From: Abditibacteriaceae bacterium
GTDB lineage: Bacteria > Armatimonadota > Abditibacteriia > Abditibacteriales > Abditibacteriaceae
Reading direction: 5' to 3'
Length of the DNA: 64,000 bases
Assembly (NCBI GenBank): GCA_965277285.1
Contig: OZ255721.1
Coordinates: 3,392,001 to 3,456,000, forward strand
How positions within the stretch are numbered: the first letter of the stretch is position 1; each line of letters begins with the position of its first letter. Under the pieces are notes generated by a model, which did no database searches, was not told the origin of the DNA, and saw nothing but the letters and a program-made list of their open reading frames with translations. The position numbers and the translations under genes are program-made. Positions 28,117 to 37,805 of this stretch are shown here, piece after piece.

Positions 28117-29640
28117 TCATTCTGTATTAACGCTCGCCACAATGTCGCCGTCTGGGATTGGTGTGTCGTCTATCGCCCCGAAAAATGAGGAATAACGTCC
28201 GCGCGCCGAAAATGTTGCGCTGGTGTTCTCGATAGGTCGACCGCTGTTGTCTTTAGCGTCCGGGCCAATGGAATACAAGGTATATGGCGTGTTCGAGTAC
28301 TCGAAACGCGGTTTGGTTTCGGGAACTTTAGGTGTTTTGGCGTTGGCTCCTGGCGCTTCGCTTGGAATCTGGCGTCCGGTTGGAATCTGGCGAATGTCGC
28401 TGATGTAGCGCAGTGATTTTAGCTTGTAACTTAATGGTCGACCGTCGGAAAACGGATCTATCGGCACGCTTTTCAAATACTGTGACACGAGCGCGTTCAA
28501 GGTTTGAGGATATGCGCCGTGTTCGGTTTTGTAGGACTGTAACGCCAGAGCCGTCAAAAGAAGCGCGCTTTGTGTTTCACACTGCGCTGAAGAAACCCTG
28601 TTTGTGGTGTAGCTGCCAAGCGCCAGCAGCGCATCCAGCGAATTGGAGTTCGTGGGCGACTCCGAGAGACGTTTATACGGCAGGCGAACGAGGGCGCTTT
28701 GTGCGTCCATGCGGCGGGTCATATCATCGAGGACTTCCTGCTGGCTGACGAACGAACTGCGCAATCCCCACGGCGAACGAACCGAGTTGTCGTTGCTAAA
28801 CGGGATGTTGCGCCAATTGGGGTCGCGGAAGATGTGCAACATGAGGGTTTGCTGCGCCCATTTTTCCTGCTGCAAGGTTTGTGCGAACGACACGCGATGA
28901 TCTTGCAACAATTGCAGACGCGCAAGGGCGTTGCGGGCTTGCGCGGAAGACAAATGCGAGATGCACGGCCACGCTTCGCATCTCGCCATGTTCTCGATGC
29001 CCCAACCCCATGTCGCGCTCGCCAGAGATGCTCCGTGCGGAATGTCGGTGCCGAAACGCACGCCGTCCAGACACGTATTCAAGGCGCCGTTCCAATCGCC
29101 ACGCGCTTGTTGCAAACGCGCCTGCAAAATCAAAAGTTGCGTCAAATGGTAAAACGAATTGGAGTTAGCGTCAGCTTGAATACTTAAAATATCCGCCAAA
29201 CTACCGCTGTAAGAACTGAAACGCGTCGGCGGCTGCCAGTAGGAAAACGCGAAGCCTTTGCGCAAAGTTTGCAACGCGGCGGCGTTTTGCTCGAGCAACC
29301 ACATTTTTTCAGTTGTTGAATAAGCGTGGTTTTGCATAGGCGCCGGGCCATTATTGGGCGACGGTTGGTTGGCGGCGATATTGGGCATCGCCGGAATGGA
29401 GCGGCCACTGCGGAAAAGGAGAACCGCGTGTTCGACCTGCCATGTCCACACGATTTTCTGCGCCGCCGCGACATCGTAATCATAAGCGTTGGGCGAAGGC
29501 AGCTTCACGTCGGGAATCGAAACGATGGCTTGGGCGTTCTGATGCTGCCACCAAATCGGTGCGACGATGAGCGGCACGCCACAAACAATCGTCGCGGCCA
29601 GGCACCATTTTTCGGCTCGCCCCAAAGGTTCGCGTTTCAT
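28117..29640 (-). CDS. Hypothetical membrane-anchored protein with a GspG-like C-terminal motif; paralog of 29801-31006
   Basis: PNAYDY, HGAYPQTLNALV..YLKSVPIDPF, LYSIGPD..D, GDIVA shared with the neighbour. Confidence 0.75.
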   Translation of the reverse strand: MKREPLGRAEKWCLAATIVCGVPLIVAPIWWQHQNAQAIVSIPDVKLPSPNAYDYDVAAAQKIVWTWQVEHAVLLFRSGRSIPAMPNIAANQPSPNNGPAPMQNHAYSTTEKMWLLEQNAAALQTLRKGFAFSYWQPPTRFSSYSGSLADILSIQADANSNSFYHLTQLLILQARLQQARGDWNGALNTCLDGVRFGTDIPHGASLASATWGWGIENMARCEAWPCISHLSSAQARNALARLQLLQDHRVSFAQTLQQEKWAQQTLMLHIFRDPNWRNIPFSNDNSVRSPWGLRSSFVSQQEVLDDMTRRMDAQSALVRLPYKRLSESPTNSNSLDALLALGSYTTNRVSSAQCETQSALLLTALALQSYKTEHGAYPQTLNALVSQYLKSVPIDPFSDGRPLSYKLKSLRYISDIRQIPTGRQIPSEAPGANAKTPKVPETKPRFEYSNTPYTLYSIGPDAKDNSGRPIENTSATFSARGRYSSFFGAIDDTPIPDGDIVASVNTE

Positions 29641-29694
29641 TTTTTGAGTTTCTCTGGCCGTTAAACGCTTGAACTCCACCGAGTTGCTGACGTT

Positions 29695-29765
29695 GTAGGG
29701 ACGCAGATTTCTGCGTCCGTTGTGTGCAAGTTTGGATCAACGGACGCATAAATCTGCGTCCCTAC
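29695..29765. repeat. GTAG-type REP doublet, copy 1
   Basis: GTAGGGACGCAGATTTCTGCGTCC...GGACGCATAAATCTGCGTCCCTAC. Confidence 0.85.
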
Positions 29766-29800
29766 AAGGGTTTGGAGGCGAGGCGTGTTCCGTTGAGCTT

Positions 29801-31006
29801 CTACTTTGTGTTGATGCCTGCTACAATATCGCCTTTGGCGTTGGGTTGGGCGCGCTTGGGCAAGGCTTTGCCGCCGTCGTCAACACCATCATAGCCGACG
29901 CTGTATAACGAGTACTCGATTCCCGTCGCTTTGTAGCGTAGCGACTGGTTGTCAGCAAACGGATCCATCGGCACGCGGCTGAGATACTTCGGCGTCAGTT
30001 CGTTCAAAGTCGCGGGATAATTCCCGTGTTCCACTTTGAAGGCGCGTAAGGCGAGCATGGTGGCGAGCAATCGGCTCCAGGCGCGCGAACGTTCGATGGA
30101 AAATCCGCTTGTCGCCAGTGACGGCTTGGCTGCGTCGTCGCTGAGATAAATACCGAGAAAGCTTTCGTTGACTGCGTCCACGTTTTTTTCAACAATTCCG
30201 CGTCGCTGCGGATAAGGTAAAGCCGCGTTGATAATCGCTTTGTCCAGCACGCGGTTGTATGTCATTGTGATTTGCTGAGGTGTTTGCGTCGTCGGAAAGG
30301 CCTTGCGCCACTTGGGTTCTGCGAACATATGGCGCAACAGACCCAGGCCCAACGTTTTTTGGTTTTGCAACGTTTGCACATAAGAAAAACGCCGCGCATC
30401 GAGCGCTTCCAAGCGCCGCGCCAGAGATCGTGCCGAACGCGCGTCGAGTTTTTCGATGTAAGACTTTTTCAAGTCGCCAACCCCGATGCCCTCAATGGCG
30501 TTGCCGACGAGCGAAGCGATCAAGGCGCCGCCGCGCGGGATATCGGTTCCCAAACGAACTGCGTCCAATGCGCTGTTCAAGGCTTTGGCATATTGACCAC
30601 GAGCCGCGTAAACGTCGGCTTCAACGTGAAGCAAGCGCGCCAATTCGCGCATACGAGCAAAGCTGGGAAAGAAGACATCGGTCGGGTCACGCGGCGCCGG
30701 TTGCAGATACGAGTACTGGAAACCTTGTCGCATCAACGATAAAGCGCGCGCATTGCGCCGCAAAACAAATTCACGGCGCGTCAATGGCGAACGAAACGGC
30801 GCGTTCAATTTCGGATCGTTGAAATTAGGGAAGTCGGTGCCTTCTCCTGTATAATCCAGCGCTTTTCCGGCACGCACATAAAAATCATAAGCGTTCGGTT
30901 GTGCTCTTGTCGGTTGAACTTTCGCGGTTTGCGCCGCGACCGGAATGGTGCAAAAGACGGGAAGAATAGCGACGGCGATTGGTGTGGCGTGCGAAAAGCG
31001 TTTCAT
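29801..31006 (-). CDS. Secreted hypothetical protein with a GspG-like C-terminal motif
   Basis: Signal peptide; PNAYDFY, HGNYPATLNELTPKYLSRVPMDPF, LYSVGYDGVDDGG. Confidence 0.78.
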   Translation of the reverse strand: MKRFSHATPIAVAILPVFCTIPVAAQTAKVQPTRAQPNAYDFYVRAGKALDYTGEGTDFPNFNDPKLNAPFRSPLTRREFVLRRNARALSLMRQGFQYSYLQPAPRDPTDVFFPSFARMRELARLLHVEADVYAARGQYAKALNSALDAVRLGTDIPRGGALIASLVGNAIEGIGVGDLKKSYIEKLDARSARSLARRLEALDARRFSYVQTLQNQKTLGLGLLRHMFAEPKWRKAFPTTQTPQQITMTYNRVLDKAIINAALPYPQRRGIVEKNVDAVNESFLGIYLSDDAAKPSLATSGFSIERSRAWSRLLATMLALRAFKVEHGNYPATLNELTPKYLSRVPMDPFADNQSLRYKATGIEYSLYSVGYDGVDDGGKALPKRAQPNAKGDIVAGINTK

Positions 31007-31067
31007 AGTTTTCTTTTGTGACGGCGTTGTCGCGCTATATGACTAAACGACTCATCTTGCTGATATT

Positions 31068-31138
31068 GTAGGGACGCAGATTTCTGCGACCGTTATGTGC
31101 AAGTTTGGATCAACGGACGCAGAAATCTGCGTCCCTAC
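31068..31138. repeat. GTAG-type REP doublet, copy 2 (near-identical to 29695-29765)
   Basis: Same 71-bp unit including the spacer TGTGCAAGTTTGGATCAAC. Confidence 0.85.
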
Positions 31139-31168
31139 GATAGTTGTACAGCCGAACAATTCGACTCC

Positions 31169-33379
31169 TTAAATCTGCGCCATCAAAGCGGTCGCTTGCG
31201 CTTCTTGTTGCCGCGCGGCATCCAGAGAATTGGCGGCTTGAAGCAAAAGTGTGCGCGCTTGAGTACTCAATGCGCCATTGGGAGCGAAGTTGCCGCTCGC
31301 ATCCAAAGCCGCCAAATCGTCCATCGCCTGCTGCGCGTTTTGCAAACTCACGGTGGACAAATCGAAGTTTTGCGCCGCTTGTTTCAAAGCCGGAGAACCC
31401 AAGCGGTCGCCCGCCACATTGAGGAACGAGGCCGCATCGCGTCGCGCGGCGATCCATTGCACCAGCGGTTGGTTGCGCCACGCCAACATCGCGCGAACGT
31501 GTTGCAGTATTTGCGCGCCGGTGTCCGGCGTCGCTTTGCTGACGGGTGCCGTTGCAGGCGATTTCGTCATCGCGTTTCCAGTACTCGATGTGTCTGGCGA
31601 GGTGTTAGGCGTTGCTTGCGGCGTGGCCGCATCGTGCGTGCCTGCATTGGAAACGGTGTTTGTGGTGTCCGGCGCAACGGCGTCGTTGCGTGCTAAAGGT
31701 TCGTCGCCTGAACCTGTCGCGGGCGTGGCGGCGGGCGCGGCAGGCTGGACAAAATCGGCGGCGCGCTGGAATTCACTGGACACTAAACGCAACGCTTCCA
31801 GGTTGAGCAAAGTTTGTCCGGCGCGCGGACGATTCATCCACAAAACGGCGCGCCGCACGCCGCGACGATAAACCGCTTTTTCATCCAGCGAAGGCGCCGT
31901 GAAAACCCATGTCGGAGCCACCAAACCTTGCGGCTGTTGCGTCATTTGCGTGCCGATGGGAATCGGCGTCGTCTGCGCCGCGACCGGATTGGGCAAGACC
32001 GCGTTGTTCGACTTTCGAGTACTCGAAGCGGCGCCGTCCTTGTGGCGCGTGAACAAAATGCGGTCAACCGGCAAAGCGAGCGTCAATTGGTCGGCGTGCA
32101 AATCATCGGCGCCAGTGGAAAAGGTGAGGAGTGTGAAGGCTCCGCCGAGTGGTGAACGAACGCTCCAGCTTTTGATGAAATCGACGACGGAAATCGCTTG
32201 CACGCGCGCGCCCGACTGCAAAAACACGACATTCGCGTTGGAATCGTAGCCCGCCACAAACTGCCATTGTCCCGTATAAACCAACGACAAATGCGCCGTA
32301 TCGATTTCGTTTTGCAGGTTGCGCCGCGCCGTGTCTTTGTCGCCGCCATCAGAAACGCTGTATGTCATACCCGTTGCGGCAACGGCGTTTTCAAAAGCGT
32401 TCAATTGTGGCGCCGCGACAAGCGCCGGATTTTGCGCATCGAAAGCGCCCACGAACGGCTGCTGGCTCAATCCGTTTAAGGTCGCGGCGTCTAAATTGAG
32501 GCCGCGCGCGGCGAGGACGACTTGCAGAGCGTTCAGCAACGAATCGCTCGAATCCTGCGCGCCGCCATCGAAGATGCCGCTGGTTTTGATGAGGACGCGG
32601 CGCGCGTTCGGCACCATGTCGCCGTAAATGAGAAGTCCCAGATTGGTGCGCGCGCGTCCGGCCCAAACTGTGTTCGGATATTTTTGCACGGTCGCGTCAT
32701 ACGCATTGCGCGCCCAGTCTTTTTTGCGCCACAAGGTTTCATACGTTTCGCCCAGATGAAACTGCGCTTCGGCGCAACGGTCGGGCTGATCGGGGAAAGT
32801 CAACAGCACTTTTTGAAACCAGCTTTGCGCGGTTTTGCCATCGCGCGCGGCCTGCGCCACGCGTCCCAGAGCGTTCATCGCCTGCGCGACAAGAGGTCGT
32901 TTGCCGGGATAATCGGTCATCAAACGCGTGTAAGTGGCGCGCGCCAGAGGCAGGTTTTTCAAGTCGTCCAGTTGAATGGTGCCGATGGACAGCATCGCAT
33001 CCGCCGCGATTTCGGTTTGCGGATAATCGCGCACCAATCGTGCGTAAACATCGAGCGCGTCCGCGTAACGCGTTGTATCGCCCGCTATCGCAAGGTCGGT
33101 CAAAATGTCGCCTTCGCGCTGCAAGGCTTTGAGCGCATACGGCGAACTGGGATACGTGTTGGCCAGCAAATCGTATTGCCGCAGCGCCGGACGAATCAGG
33201 TTCGCCGCTTCCAAACGCTGTGCGCGCGCCCAGATAAGCCGTCCGTCTGGGTCGGGTTGCACCAGAACGCGCAGCAAAAACAAAAACGCCAGCAACAATA
33301 AAATGCTCCAGCCAATCGTCGCAATGCGAGCACGGTTCAACGGTTGCGAAACGGGACGAACAGGAAAGTTTTCGGTCAT
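31169..33379 (-). CDS. Membrane-anchored tetratricopeptide-repeat protein (BamD/YfiO-like repeats)
   Basis: N-terminal TM helix; repeated Y..L...YP.....A.A TPR units. Confidence 0.8.
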   Translation of the reverse strand: MTENFPVRPVSQPLNRARIATIGWSILLLLAFLFLLRVLVQPDPDGRLIWARAQRLEAANLIRPALRQYDLLANTYPSSPYALKALQREGDILTDLAIAGDTTRYADALDVYARLVRDYPQTEIAADAMLSIGTIQLDDLKNLPLARATYTRLMTDYPGKRPLVAQAMNALGRVAQAARDGKTAQSWFQKVLLTFPDQPDRCAEAQFHLGETYETLWRKKDWARNAYDATVQKYPNTVWAGRARTNLGLLIYGDMVPNARRVLIKTSGIFDGGAQDSSDSLLNALQVVLAARGLNLDAATLNGLSQQPFVGAFDAQNPALVAAPQLNAFENAVAATGMTYSVSDGGDKDTARRNLQNEIDTAHLSLVYTGQWQFVAGYDSNANVVFLQSGARVQAISVVDFIKSWSVRSPLGGAFTLLTFSTGADDLHADQLTLALPVDRILFTRHKDGAASSTRKSNNAVLPNPVAAQTTPIPIGTQMTQQPQGLVAPTWVFTAPSLDEKAVYRRGVRRAVLWMNRPRAGQTLLNLEALRLVSSEFQRAADFVQPAAPAATPATGSGDEPLARNDAVAPDTTNTVSNAGTHDAATPQATPNTSPDTSSTGNAMTKSPATAPVSKATPDTGAQILQHVRAMLAWRNQPLVQWIAARRDAASFLNVAGDRLGSPALKQAAQNFDLSTVSLQNAQQAMDDLAALDASGNFAPNGALSTQARTLLLQAANSLDAARQQEAQATALMAQI

Positions 33380-33423
33380 AACATATCGGGAAATACGGAC
33401 TTCGAGTACTCGATTATGGATTT

Positions 33424-33511
33424 AACGAACTCGGAACGTAAGTGACGGGTGAAAAGTGACACTCACATTGAGCTATTACTTTTCACCCGTCACTTACGCT
33501 TCGAGTTCGTT
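33424..33511. repeat. Long-hairpin REP-like element, family A (divergent), abutting the dnaG stop
   Basis: AACGAACTCGGAACGTAAGTGACGGGTGAAAAGT / ACTTTTCACCCGTCACTTACGCTTCGAGTTCGTT. Confidence 0.8.
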
Positions 33512-35498
33512 ATGTTTTCGGCGCTGGTGGAACTTTGCGTTTAGTGGCGATCAGCGCGTTGTTGTAGTTTTCGCGCTCGGTTTCGGAAATCGGTTCCTGA
33601 CGTTCGAGTTTCAGTTTCACCATTTCGAGGATTTCTGTTTCGGCCTGGCGCGCGTGATGACCTTCGATGCGCGCAATTAAATCATCAATAATGATGTCGG
33701 TGGCGGGCGTTTGCGATTCGTCGCTTAGCATCAATTCGGCGACCATGTCACCGGCGTCTTTATCCAGAGTGTCGATTAAAACGCCGGGTTCGACGGGTTC
33801 ATTCCAATCCATCTGGCGCAAGGCTTCGGCGATTTCGCAGTGCGCCGCTTGCGTCCAGCTTGTCGCGGGAAGTTTGCTTAAAATGCGCGAACGCCAACTC
33901 GGGTTTCCCAACAATGACGCCAGTAACATTCGCTCGGCTTTGACGACGCCCGAAGGTTGCGAAAGCGAGGCATCGTTTTCTTCGGCGCGCGCTTGATGCG
34001 GAACGTTCGGCGCACTTGTCGCGATTCGAGTACTCGATTCCGTGTTCGGATTGTTGTGCGCGGCGTTTGGAGCACCGTTTGAACTAACGCTTGAAGCGAC
34101 GTGGGAAACGAGGTTCCTTTTGCGCTTGAGTGCGGCGCCGACTTCGCGCCGCACCGCCGCCGCGATCATTTGTTGTCGCGCTGGAGCCGTCACGCCTTCG
34201 GCTTGCGCCCATTGATCGGCCAGCCACGAAACCAGCGCGTCTTTTTCGATGTCGTTCTGGACTTCGACGATCACATCGGACGCGGCGGCGATGGCTTCCA
34301 TGCGTTGCGCGACTTGCCCCAGATCGAAGTCGGCAATCGCCATTTCGACGCGATAGCGCGCCAGCATTTTGGCGTTGCGCAGAGCGCTATTGAAACCGAT
34401 TTCGCCGTGTTTGCGCAAAAACGTATCGGGATCGTCGCCGTCCGGCAAAACCACGACGCGCACGTTCAAATTGTGCGTCGCAAACAACGGCGCCGAACGC
34501 ACCGCGGCGCGAATTCCCGCGCTGTCGCCGTCGTAACACAGATAAACCGTTTTAGGTGAAAGGCGCGCCAGGTTGGTGACGTGCTGAATTGTCAGCGCGG
34601 TGCCTAACGTCGCCACTGTATTGGAAAATCCGGCTTCGTGCAGTGCAATCGCGTCCATGTAGCCTTCGCAAACGATGATGCTTTCGCGCTTTCCGGCTTC
34701 CTGCCGCGCCAGATGCCACGCGTAAAGTACGCGACTTTTGTTGAACAGCAAGCCTTCGGGCGAGTTGATGTATTTGGCGTCGGCGTTGCCAGTTTCGCCG
34801 CCAGGCAAAGCGCGTCCGCCAAAGGCGATAACGCGACCTTGCGCGTCCCAGATCGGAAACATCAGGCGATGGCGATAGCGGTCGTAGTAGCGATTGAAAG
34901 TTTCGCCGGTGCGTTCGTTGACACTTTCGCGCTCGATGAGAACTCCGGCGCGCGCGGCGTCTTCGGGCTTGAAACCGTGCTTGTTGACCAGTTCGTGGTA
35001 CAACGAATCCCACGCGTCGGGCGCGTAGCCGATGCCAAAACGGTCAAGCGTGCCAAAAGAAAGTCCGCGACCGCGCGCGTAATCGCGTCCGGCCAAACCT
35101 TTGTTGCCATTCAGTTGAGCGCGAAAAAAAGCGGCGGATGCAGCGGTAATGTGTTGCAATCGTTCGCGTTCATCGGCGGCGGCGCGTTGTTCGGGCGATA
35201 ACTCTTTACCGAATTTCGGCAGTTCGACGCCGTAGCGTTCGGCCAGTTGGCGCTTGGCTTCGGGAAACGGAATGTTCTCGATTTCCTGCAAAAACTTGAA
35301 AATGTCGCCCGAAACGTGACAGCCGAAACAATGGTAGTAGCCGCGTTCGCGCGAGACATGAAAGCTGGGCGTATTCTCGTCGTGAAACGGGCAGCACGCT
35401 TTATAGCGGCCATTGCCAGCCGGACGCAGCGCCACATATTGCGAAACGATGTCCACAATATCGGCGCGGCGGCGAATTTCTTCAGTCGTATCGTCCAT
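33510..35498 (-). CDS. dnaG: DNA primase
   Basis: CPFHDENTPSF..CFGC Zn finger, RLMFPI, FGGR, KYINSPE, EGYMD, YDGDSAG, DPD. Confidence 0.98.
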   Translation of the reverse strand: MDDTTEEIRRRADIVDIVSQYVALRPAGNGRYKACCPFHDENTPSFHVSRERGYYHCFGCHVSGDIFKFLQEIENIPFPEAKRQLAERYGVELPKFGKELSPEQRAAADERERLQHITAASAAFFRAQLNGNKGLAGRDYARGRGLSFGTLDRFGIGYAPDAWDSLYHELVNKHGFKPEDAARAGVLIERESVNERTGETFNRYYDRYRHRLMFPIWDAQGRVIAFGGRALPGGETGNADAKYINSPEGLLFNKSRVLYAWHLARQEAGKRESIIVCEGYMDAIALHEAGFSNTVATLGTALTIQHVTNLARLSPKTVYLCYDGDSAGIRAAVRSAPLFATHNLNVRVVVLPDGDDPDTFLRKHGEIGFNSALRNAKMLARYRVEMAIADFDLGQVAQRMEAIAAASDVIVEVQNDIEKDALVSWLADQWAQAEGVTAPARQQMIAAAVRREVGAALKRKRNLVSHVASSVSSNGAPNAAHNNPNTESSTRIATSAPNVPHQARAEENDASLSQPSGVVKAERMLLASLLGNPSWRSRILSKLPATSWTQAAHCEIAEALRQMDWNEPVEPGVLIDTLDKDAGDMVAELMLSDESQTPATDIIIDDLIARIEGHHARQAETEILEMVKLKLERQEPISETERENYNNALIATKRKVPPAPKT

Positions 35499-35603
35499 CA
35501 GAAAAAGCGTTCAAGAAAAAGCAATCGAGTACTCGATTCGCCAGTTTATCATTTGCCAATCGCGGCATAATAAATGAGGATTTGCGAAGAAGGTTGAATT
35601 CCC

Positions 35604-36299
35604 ATGTTGACGATTTTGGAATTGGAAGAAAAAGCGCAGGCGTCGCAAGAAGCCGGAGAAAGTGACGCTTTGGCCTTGTGCAAGAAATTGTTGAAACGCG
35701 ACCCGAACAACCTGATCGCGCACTTTCATCTGGCGCTGATTTATCGCCACCAGAAGCGTCTTAAAAAGGCTTTGGCGCACGCGCAAGAAGTGCGAAAACT
35801 CAATCCGCACGAAGGCAACATCTACCTGAACTTGGGCGCGATTTATAGTGATATGGGCGAGATGAAAAAAGCGATTCGCTGTTACAAGCGCGAACTGCAA
35901 CAAGACCCGGAAAACGCGCAAACGCTTTGCAACTTGGGCAACCGATATTTTGAGCGTCGTCGCTGGAAAACAGCCGCCATGTATTACGCCAAATGTTTCG
36001 ACTTGAAGTTCGACATCGAAAACTACGCCGAATACGTCGTCGATTTGGTGGCGTGCTACCAAAAAACTGAGCGCTACCAGGAAGAGGTCGCGTTCTACAA
36101 ACGCTACTTGAAGTTTCATCCGAACAATGTTTGGGCGCTGCAAAACCTGGGCGGCGCGCTCATTGACGTTGGCGAATACGACAAATCGCTTCGTTACTCG
36201 CGCCAGGCGCAAAAGGTTCTGCCAGACGATGCGATGATCCAACGCAACATCAAGCTGGCGAAGAAACTAAAGGCGAAAAAGCGCGGAAAAAAGAAGTGA
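35604..36299 (+). CDS. Tetratricopeptide-repeat protein
   Basis: Repeated NLG..Y...G TPR units. Confidence 0.88.
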   Translation: MLTILELEEKAQASQEAGESDALALCKKLLKRDPNNLIAHFHLALIYRHQKRLKKALAHAQEVRKLNPHEGNIYLNLGAIYSDMGEMKKAIRCYKRELQQDPENAQTLCNLGNRYFERRRWKTAAMYYAKCFDLKFDIENYAEYVVDLVACYQKTERYQEEVAFYKRYLKFHPNNVWALQNLGGALIDVGEYDKSLRYSRQAQKVLPDDAMIQRNIKLAKKLKAKKRGKKK

Positions 36300-36474
36300 A
36301 GTCTTTGGCGCTACGGTCTCGAAGCGACATATCGAGTACTCGAACTGGTAGTTTTCAAGCGGCGACTGCTCGAAAACTGACTAAAAACTGTTTAGGAAAC
36401 GTGGTTTTTGGGTATATCAAAAAGAGAAGAACGTGTTTTCTTCAGCTTCTTTCAGCTTCTTGAGATCGATTTTT

Positions 36475-37413
36475 ATGCGCCGTCCTTTATTCCTGCTTTT
36501 TGTCAATGCCGCGATTTGCCTCATCGTTTTAATGATGTTGGTGCAATCGGTTGCGGTGTTGCAACTGTTGGCGGTCGCGGATGTCTTGAACGGCACTGTC
36601 GAAGCGAGCAGCGGCGCGACCAATCCTTTTCATTTATTGCACCAAGGCGACGTAATTCGCACCGGCGACACGATTCGTTCCGGCGCTGATGGCACGGCGG
36701 AGTTTCGCTGGATTGATGGGACGCGGCTGCGGTTGGAGCCGAACAGCGAAATCACGATCCGGCATTATAGTCTGAATTTGAAGCGTCACGCGCAAAACTC
36801 CGAATTTGCTTTGGCGCGCGGCAAAGTTTTCGTGCGCATTCCGCAAAAACTGAGCGAAAATTCGCGCTTCGCCATTGTCACGCCAGGTGCAACGACGAAT
36901 GTGCGCGGCACCATTTTCAGCGTGACGGCGAATGAAGGCGAAACCGAAGTCGCGGTTTGGAAGGGTTCGGTCGATGTCGCGGACGCGAAAAACGTTCAGC
37001 AGCAAGCCGTTCCCGCCGGAGAATTGCTCAGCGCGGGTGAAGGAACCTGGCATTTGTTCGATGCGCATTCGCGCTTGGCGCAAAACGCGACGCGCGATTT
37101 TCGACCTTTGACCAACATCGTCACGCCGTCGCTGGAGGCGCGTTTACTGCTCAGCGAAATGGTTCATCGCGCACCGAAAACAGCGCGTCAAAGCGGACTT
37201 TTGTTGGGACAGGCTGAAGCCGGAGATCGCGTTTTTGTGAACGGTCAGGAAATGACGGTGCGCGGCGACGGCGGCTTTTCGGCGCGCGTCACCTTGCAAA
37301 ACGGCGCCAATTTGTTCACGCTCACCGCCATTGATCGCCATCAGGCGACACGCACCGTACGCTTGAACGCCGAATTGCCGATGCCTGGTTCTTCTTTATC
37401 TTCTTCGAAATGA
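36475..37413 (+). CDS. FecR-domain protein with a C-terminal Ig-like domain
   Basis: GDTIRSG.DG.A...DGT.LRLEPNS, VRGTIF; F...V.L..GAN.F...A.D. Confidence 0.82.
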   Translation: MRRPLFLLFVNAAICLIVLMMLVQSVAVLQLLAVADVLNGTVEASSGATNPFHLLHQGDVIRTGDTIRSGADGTAEFRWIDGTRLRLEPNSEITIRHYSLNLKRHAQNSEFALARGKVFVRIPQKLSENSRFAIVTPGATTNVRGTIFSVTANEGETEVAVWKGSVDVADAKNVQQQAVPAGELLSAGEGTWHLFDAHSRLAQNATRDFRPLTNIVTPSLEARLLLSEMVHRAPKTARQSGLLLGQAEAGDRVFVNGQEMTVRGDGGFSARVTLQNGANLFTLTAIDRHQATRTVRLNAELPMPGSSLSSSK

Positions 37414-37670
37414 CCCAAAACCAAACACTGGCTTCACTCCGCTTCTTGCATCTCCTTTCGCTTGCGATTTAATTGCGTCTTCGCGCTTCGCCAAATCGTT
37501 GCATCCATTGTTGAAAACTCCAATCTATTTTGTTTCACGGCTTTGTTCCTCGTTTTGGTCACGCTCGGTTGCGCGTTGTGGTAAAACGTGAAATAACACT
37601 TTGTGGCTCATCGAGTACTCGATTTGTTTCAACGCTTAACATTCCTTTGAGAATCATCTTAAAGAATGGA

Positions 37671-37770
37671 ACACGGAGGCTACGCCTACACGGATCAGAC
37701 GGATGAACACGGATTTTATTAGACCTGTGTTTATCCGTGCCCGAAGGCTGTGTAGGCGCAGCCTCCGTGT
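37671..37770. repeat. Inverted-repeat element with internal ACACGGAT-type repeats
   Basis: ACACGGAGGCTACGCCTACA / TGTAGGCGCAGCCTCCGTGT. Confidence 0.65.
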
Positions 37771-37805
37771 CCCGTTCTTAGATCGATTTCTTAAGCGCAT
37801 CTTTC

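Noticed and set aside
28117..31006. Type II secretion pseudopilin (gspG) genes
   Set aside because: Only the C-terminal YP..L..L..DPF-like motif matches. There is no prepilin cleavage site and no T2SS genes nearby.
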